A stretch of 64,000 bases of DNA from Octopus vulgaris. Lineage: Eukaryota. Below are positions 56,331 to 64,000 of the stretch, piece by piece (position 1 is the stretch's first letter; every line of letters starts with the position of its first letter). The notes beneath the pieces were generated by a model, which was given only the letters and a program-made list of their open reading frames with translations, was not told the origin of the DNA and ran no database searches. Made by a program: the position numbers and the translations under genes. The stretch is taken from NCBI GenBank assembly GCA_951406725.2, contig OX597833.1:33852001-33916000 (forward strand). The letters run 5' to 3'.

Positions 56331-56493
56331 GAGTAGAATAGTTAGTGGGCTGTTATGTAGACAGATGTATGTGTGTGTGAGTGTATGTATATATGTATAT
56401 ATATATATATATATATATAAACAGTACTTGGAGAAGAAGAAACGAAACGAAACGAAACGAATCGAATCGACGCGAGGGCGCTCAGTCATACAA

Positions 56494-56795
56494 TAGTGTA
56501 ATAAATAAAATATATGCATACATACAAATATGTACGTACCTACATCTACATGTATATATAAATATATATACGTGAGTACAGGACACCACAAATAGACGTA
56601 GAACTCAACGAGAAACGAAAACGTAAAAACAAGCATGGAACAGAATTTTTTTAAAACGAAAAACAGAGTACAAGACAAACTACACTAGGAAAAATCCCCT
56701 TCATCAGCTGTCCCTAGTTCAACTCCAGCGTGTTTCGAAGGTGAGGACAGAACATGACTCGTCGAACTAGCCCTTCCTGCGAAAGAATTAAATAA
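56494..56795. repeat. PLE terminal-repeat-like sequence; partial copy at 50149-50343
   Basis: tagtgtaataaataaaatatatgc...aggacaccacaaatagacgtagaactcaacgagaaacg occurs twice. Confidence 0.65.
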
Positions 56796-57368
56796 ACCAC
56801 TCTATCCTAAAATGGACTAGATTTTTCTGGCATCTCCTCATTTCTTTCTTTTCATGATATTAATTGGTTGAAGGAGAGGTTTTTCTAGCTGCTCGTCCAA
56901 GCTTATGCAGATATGTAACGTTCTTGGACTAACTTTTAGCTGTTTTGCAATGTCAGAAGCCTTCGAACGGGGTTTGTTTTCCACAATTCTCTTCAAACAG
57001 CGAAGCTTCCTTTCCGAGGACCCAGGTTGGCCAAGATGAGAATCTGTTGATTCTTTTCCTTGGCTTTTGAATTGCAGTATAATTCTATTAACAGCCGCAA
57101 GATGAATTTGAAGACTTTCGGCAATTTTTCGCCGGCTAAGACCAGCCTCAGATTGCCCAACAATACGACCTGTTTGAAAATCTGACAGTTCTGCTGAATT
57201 TTTTGAGCGTGGCATGGTTACTTTTCGCAAATGTTTAATATAATGGTACCTGGAATGAAAAAAGAATAATTACATTGTAAATTCTAAACGGCTGAAAACA
57301 TATTAAGACGCTTAGATCAGAAATTTTCAAAATTAAAGGTGTCTGTTTACTTCCTGCATATGTGTGTA
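56796..57368 (-). mobile_element. Tc1-like transposon, 5' fragment
   Basis: ORF 56838-57230: ELSDFQTGRIVG...GLSRRKIAESL paired-like HTH and KPLL motif. Confidence 0.8.
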
Positions 57369-57380
57369 TATATATATATA

Positions 57381-57881
<501 letters not shown>

Positions 57882-58027
57882 TGCGTGTGAGCATGTGTCT
57901 GCCTGAACGTATGAAGACTTGGTAGACTTCTAATGCATAATTCTTTAGAGCTAAGTCGATGCTAATATACTTTATTACGAGATAATTTTCCTAATCGATC
58001 ACTTCTCTTGCTTGTTTTTTTTTCCAG

Positions 58028-58129
58028 TGGTATGCGGTGACAAAACTTGTCATAAAGACGCTGAATGCTACAGAAGAAAATGCCGATGCCGCCGAGGACT
58101 GACTGGTGACGGCGTTAACTCGTGCTCCA
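58028..58129 (+). CDS. Host gene exon E: EGF-like domain (102 nt, phase 1-1)
   Basis: cttgttttttttccag acceptor, gtaagt donor; VVCGDKTCHKDAECYRRKCRCRRGLTGDGVNSCS has 6 Cys with CH..A.C and C.C..G..GDG..C; phase 1-1 is typical of EGF modules. Confidence 0.9.
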
Positions 58130-58347
58130 GTAAGTATATACGCATCTCAATTAATTAATATTTCTAATTTGATGGGCTTCTTGACCTTAAGAAATTTCTA
58201 ACAGGACATGACATGCAACGTCATTAAATCAATTTTTCACACATACTGTCACGTGGAGAAGGAAACTCCTATAAATGTGACTTGATATTTGCATACACAC
58301 TCACACACACAGACAGACGCATAAACACACACATACATATATGTATC

Positions 58348-58388
<41 letters not shown>

Positions 58389-58421
58389 GAAAATGTATGG
58401 AAAAAATATAAAAAGTGAAAC

Positions 58422-58817
58422 AGGAGTGGCTGTGTGGTAAGTAGCTTGCTTACCAACCACATGGTTCAGGGTTCAGTCCCACTGCCTGGCACCTTGGGCA
58501 AGTGTCTTCTACTATAGCCTCAGGCCGACCAAAGCCTTGTGAATGGCTTTGGTAGACGGAAACTGAAAGCCGTCGTATATATGGACATGTGTGTGTGTTT
58601 TTGTGTGTCTGTGTTTGTCCCTCACCCCCAAAATCGCTTGACAACCGATGCTGGTGTGTTTACGTCCCCGTAACTTAGCGGTTCGGCTAAAGAGACCGAT
58701 AGAATAAGTACTAGGCTTACAAAGAATAAGTCCTGGGGTCGATTTCTTCGACTTAAGGCGGTGCTTTTGTATGGTCGCAGTTAAATGACAGAAACAAGTA
58801 AAAGAGTAAAAGAGTAA
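58422..58817 (+). mobile_element. SINE family 1, near full length
   Basis: A/B boxes, central domain, (gagtaaaa)n tail. Confidence 0.88.
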
Positions 58818-58829
58818 AGGAGAGAAATA

Positions 58830-59260
58830 CAAACGATACCAACAGTTAATAAATGACGGCGACCTAATTGTAGTACATGCCCATACCTAACTGAAAGCTC
58901 GGAATTCACATTCCAGCAAGGACAAAAATTCGCAATTAAGACCAACTTCACGTGCTTCCCAGAACCTTATCTATGTCCTAATCTGCTTAGGTTGTGGTCA
59001 CAATTATGTGGGCCAAACGAGCCTTACTTTGAGACGCAGAGTCACGCTGCGTAAAGAACAGATTCGTTTCCCTCAATACAAGCAGATAGCACTGAGTGGA
59101 CATATCGACAGATGCGCAAGTAATAAATTGCCGAATTTTCATATCTTCCCATGACACCAATGCAAAGATTCAATCTCAGTACAAGAAAACCTAATCAAGG
59201 AAAACCTGTTCATACAAAAGTACAGGACACACTTCAATATACAAATTTAACCATTTTAAA
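58830..59260 (+). mobile_element. Penelope-like GIY-YIG fragment
   Basis: FTCASQNLIYVLICLGCGHNYVGQT...RRVT read at ~58947-59050. Confidence 0.8.
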
Positions 59261-59450
59261 AACTATACTAAGGAGTCAGTTGTCCCCCTTACCACCTGTT
59301 GCTTCCCTCTCTAGACTCATTCTTATTTTTCAAACATCCAAAACGACAAGACCCCTCTGTCATTAGAATTGATTACTGTACAATGTCTCTTGAAAAGTTA
59401 ATTTAAATAGCGAAAACCAGTTGGATTTCACGACATCCATATAATATGTA

Positions 59451-60432
59451 TCTCTTATGATAAAAGGCAGATTTTCTCTGCCTGTTCCCATGTTCCTGTT
59501 TAATACAATTCTACAACATAGAATTTCTTCAATTAGAATTTACCTATGCTTTTTCGAAGTAGATTCGATTGGGTCATGGCATATAAAGTTTTTTCCATTT
59601 GACCCCCAATTAAGCAAAAATTCGAGAAAAGTAAATATTTTACGATTTCCCTCTCTTATTTCAAGTGGTTTACTCCTGCTATTACTTCTCCTACTTTCTC
59701 TTTGCAAGTGTGAAACTATCAAAGTGAAAGTATTATATAACAGGGATGAGCCATTAATACTGGTCATCCTTTTTGCTAGAGGAAGATCCGCTATGGTCTT
59801 ATATGCTACACCACTGGTTTTCAATTCATATTAATCAAATTAATATTCAATTTTTCACCCTTATTATGTGTGTGTGTATTAGCAATTCGTATAAAATTGC
59901 ATCAATGACTTGAATAAGTGGTTTCACATAAATGGGGATAAATTAAAAAGGTTTGTTGTTATTATTATTACTGTTTGACTATTGTAATCACGTTTGTTGG
60001 TTCCTCGTCAGGGAAACGTTGTTGTGTTGCATTTGTTAAATAATTGTAAACCGTAACCCTCCCCTTTCGGAGAAGGGGCTTTGGTTATTGTTTAAAAATT
60101 TAATTGTGTCCCTGTTTGGGGAAATTGACAATATTTTCACCGTCTTTACGGAAGCATTTTTGTTGAAATGCCTTCGATAGAAGAAAGTCCAAAAATGAAT
60201 TTCGCTGCAGCCGTACACTTCTATACAAGAGAGAGGACAAGATCCAATTGATAGAAATTGCAAGAGACGGGCTTACAATTCCAGTCTGGTATATATTTTG
60301 AGTATTGTTATCACTAGCGATATCAAGATATAACTTTCTATTTTGTATTTTATGTGTAGATGTATATATATAGATGTACATGTAATATGTACACATATAT
60401 ACATGCATAATATATCTACCCATACACACATA

Positions 60433-60474
<42 letters not shown>

Positions 60475-62879
60475 TAGGGACAGGTGTGGCTGTGTGGTAA
60501 CAAACTACGTTCGAAGATACTGTACTTGATATGGGCGGTAGTGCCTTGCCGGTCTATGGCCTACCTTCAACAAACCGGGAAGGCACAAACACTCTGTCTT
60601 CACATTTGCTGCGTGAGACATGTTTTAATGTTGACGAGCTTGCCGAATACATAGCCGACAATGAGCCAAAGCTCCTTCCAGAACAGAAGTTCGCTTACAA
60701 CTCTGTTGTTAATTCAGTCCGGGCCAAAGCTGGAGGGATTTTTTTCCTGGACGCTCCTGGGGGCACTGGGAAAACTTTTGTCAACAAATTAATATTGGCT
60801 GAGATTAGGCGAACACAAGGCATTGCCCTAGCTGTGGCATCATCTGGAATTGCGGCTACTTTGTTGCCAGGCGGCAGGACAGCTCACTCCACTTTCAAGC
60901 TCCTGCTTGACTTAGCGAAGACTGAGACACCAACTTGCAACATCAGTAACAGCTCCGATCAGGCAGAATTCTTCAGATGATGCAAGATTATCGTTTGTGA
61001 TGAATGCACGATGGCCCACAGAGGTGCTCTTGAGGCACTAGATAGATCTCTCAGAGACATCAAACACTCTTCAGCTCCCATGGGAGGCATAACACTTCTT
61101 CTTTCAGGGGACTTCCGACAAACACTTCCCGTTATTCCCAAAGGGACTACAGCTGATGCAGTAAGTGCGTGTCTTAAGTCATCCACGTTGTGGCCACTGG
61201 TGAAGACTCTCAAACTTCACACCAATATGCGTACTCGTATGCGACGTGATATCACATCAGCAGCATTTTCTCACACCCTCCTTGCACTTGGCGAAGGCAA
61301 AATACCAGGTGATGAAAATGGTAATATTGCCATCGATTCCATTTGTACCATTGTTAAAACGCCTTCTGATCTCAGAGATGCAGTGTTCCCAGATCTACAA
61401 GCTAATTATCAGAATATGGATTGGATTGGCCAAAGGGCTATTCTGGCCCCGAGGAATAAAACTGTTCACCATATTAATGATGAAATGCTAAAACTCATTC
61501 CTGGGGATGTCTATGTATATAAGTCTATCGATACAACTCCTGATCCAGAGGACGTCATCAACTATCCAATAGAGGTACTCAATTCCTTTGAGCCCCCCGG
61601 ACTACCACCACACATTCTCAAAACTTAAAGTTGGTGCCCCTATAATGCTCATTAGAAATTTTGTTCCCCCAAAACAATGCAATGGCACACGTTTGATCGT
61701 TAAGACCTTATCTCTCAATCTGATTGAGGCCACCATTATCACAGGGTGCGGTCCAGGCAACGTTGTGCTCATACCTAGGATGCATCTTTTCCCATCAGGA
61801 GCAGACCTACCTTTCATATTTCGGAGGTCCTGGTTTCCAGTAAGGCCATGTTTCGCAATGTCAATTAACAAAGCGCAGGGTCAAACACTGTCTGTGGCGG
61901 GAATACATTTGGGAGAGCCATGTTTCTCTCATGGTCAGCTTTATGTTGCCTGCTCGCGTGTCAGCAGCAACAGTGATGCTTTCGCATTCGTTCCACAACG
62001 AAAAACAAAAATAAATTTTGTACAAGGAGGTTTTATAGGATTACTACGTTTCATCATTTTTTAACACGTTAGTATTTCACTTACATACGACTCTCTTTTA
62101 TGATGGCATTTACATTTTTAGGCGTTTCATGACATTAATTCACACTTAACCAACACCTGTCCTTCGCTCACCTCTATTTCTATCCATTCATCATCAAAAC
62201 AACAGCCTCATCTTCTATATCCAACGTACATGACACATCTACCCCCTACATCTACACTCTCACTGTTAAAGTTTACATAAGCGACAACACGATCGCAACA
62301 TACACTTTGGAAACTAAGCAACAGATCATTTTATACAACAACAAATTTAATCATAACGCCCATCAATGAAAACATCTCCACCACTGTGTTGTGATTCATC
62401 TATTCAGCACCACTACAGTCTTGCCGGTATGACATATGGTGAGTAGATGCTATTGTTCTATATTTTATAAATTACCCATATTTACTTACCCATGCTTCAT
62501 TCCCCTCTTGCCTACATAGGGCATCCATTCTCTTTTAACACAGCATGAAGTTTTGTAACAGCACATCCGCTGCCGTTCGTGGAAAACGAAGAGACCCTAT
62601 TCACCTGCGAACGTTTTACGCCGCCTTCCACGACTATCAAATTCTTACAATTATGAGAACAATAACATCGCTCTTTTCAAGGCAACCTCGCATTCAATTC
62701 TTACACTATTCTACGAGGGGGTAGGAACCCCTTTACACGGCTTTCTATACACTTACAAATACATTCATTCGCCGTAAACTTATATCAATATTTACCTGAA
62801 TATTCATCATAATTCAGTGCAATCATTAACAGAACTTTCAAGCAATTCAGCCCCGAGTATCGCCGGGCAATTCTGCTAG
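59451..62879 (+). mobile_element. Helitron deletion derivative retaining the PIF1-like helicase
   Basis: A|TC at 59451; cccgagtatcgccggg hairpin plus CTAG|T at 62876-62880; helicase ORFs inside; no Rep (HUH) motifs seen. Confidence 0.88.
60510..62040 (+). pseudogene. Helitron PIF1-like SF1 helicase, with a stop and a frameshift
   Basis: FLDAPGGTGKT, ASSGIAATLL.GGRTAHS, DE, GDFRQTLPV, ILAPRN, CNGTRL, AMSINKAQGQ, FSHGQLYVACSRV. Confidence 0.93.
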
Positions 62880-63041
62880 TATATTTATAAAAAGATATTA
62901 AGCTATATGAAACGAAGGCATTTCTCTTTCACTTTCTATATTTTTTTCACATATTTTCAACTCATAATTTTCCCAATTGGTGTATTCTGAATCTTCAGTA
63001 TCTTTGCTCCTTATATATTTTTTATATTTCTACTATATATA

Positions 63042-63089
<48 letters not shown>

Positions 63090-63090
<1 letters not shown>

Positions 63091-63481
63091 TCTTTTACTC
63101 TTTTACTTGTTTCAGTCATTTGACTGCGGCCATGCTGGAGCACCGCCTTTAATCGAGCAACTCGACCCCGGGACTTATTCTTTTGTAAGCCCAGTACTTA
63201 TTCTATCGGTCTCTTTTGCCGAACCGATAAGTAACGGGGACATAAACACACCAGCATCGGTTGTCAAGCAATGCTAGGGGACAAACACAGACAAACAAAC
63301 ACACACACGCATATATATATACATACATATATACGACGGGCTTCTTTCAGTTTCCGTCTACCAAATCCACTCACAAGGCTTTGGTCGGCCCGAGGCTATA
63401 GTAGAAGACACTTGCCCAAGGTGCGCAGTGGGACTGAACCCGGAACCATGTGGTTGGTAGAAAAGCTACTTACCACACGGC

Positions 63482-63485
<4 letters not shown>
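63090..63485 (-). mobile_element. SINE family 1
   Basis: Homologous to 10672-11102. Confidence 0.88.
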
Positions 63486-63533
<48 letters not shown>

Positions 63534-63720
63534 CCAGTTATAAATGCCACTGGAACTCACACACAAAGTACAAGAAACTTATATGTATACCATTCTGCTT
63601 CAATAATGGAACTGCAGATACAATATCCTTACGTATCTCACGTCAGTTTCCATTCTTCCACTTCACTCTGTATTTCATATCTTCTCGAGAATAACTATTG
63701 CTTAACCATTTTCTCGCACC

Positions 63721-63768
63721 GTCTCTGATGAAGGGATATATAAAATATCCCGGAAACAGCTGTTAGAC
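63721..63768 (+). ncRNA. Type I hammerhead ribozyme motif
   Basis: gtct-CTGATGA-a-gggatat-ataaa-atatccc-g-GAAAC-agct-GTT-agac. Confidence 0.78.
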
Positions 63769-63823
63769 CTCTTTATAAATGTTTTGAAATCTTTCATAGC
63801 CTTGGATTTTTTATCTCATTCTG

Positions 63824-63896
<73 letters not shown>

Positions 63897-64000
63897 AATC
63901 AATATAGGGTGCCAAAAAAAATTTTGTAGAATTCTTTTGCCACCAGCGGCCTAGTAGGAAAAAATTAAAATAGTCATAGACCATTTTTAAGTTCAACATC

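Noticed and set aside
60531-62064. Cellular PIF1 gene
   Set aside because: Intronless, disrupted, and enclosed by Helitron TC and hairpin-CTAG termini.

Overview
Eukaryotic (animal) genomic DNA, AT-rich and saturated with (TA)n/(CA)n/(TACA)n/(TTA)n microsatellites and transposons. The SINE repertoire resembles octopus/coleoid cephalopod repeats (recalled resemblance, not verified). Most ORF-track entries are microsatellite or antisense noise. Hidden among the repeats is a + strand host gene that the ORF track misses: five symmetric phase-1 exons (237, 21, 72, 18 and 102 nt) spread over 47 kb. They splice into a polar pro-region, a furin-type RSKR site formed across a 23-kb intron, a short linker and a 6-Cys EGF-like domain. 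The rest is mobile DNA: a mariner split by two tandem Tx1-clade retroelements (one decayed ORF1+ORF2 copy, one ORF1-only relative) bounded by the same CGAAACG motif; many Penelope-like fragments with hammerhead-ribozyme motifs; a Sola2-like transposon holding an internal copy of its own flank; a PIF1-helicase Helitron with short derivatives; R4/Dong-like and RTE-like LINE fragments; Tc1/mariner remnants; tRNA-derived SINEs; and nested fold-back elements around (TA)n. There is one 100-N gap. All calls were made by eye, so repeat boundaries are approximate.
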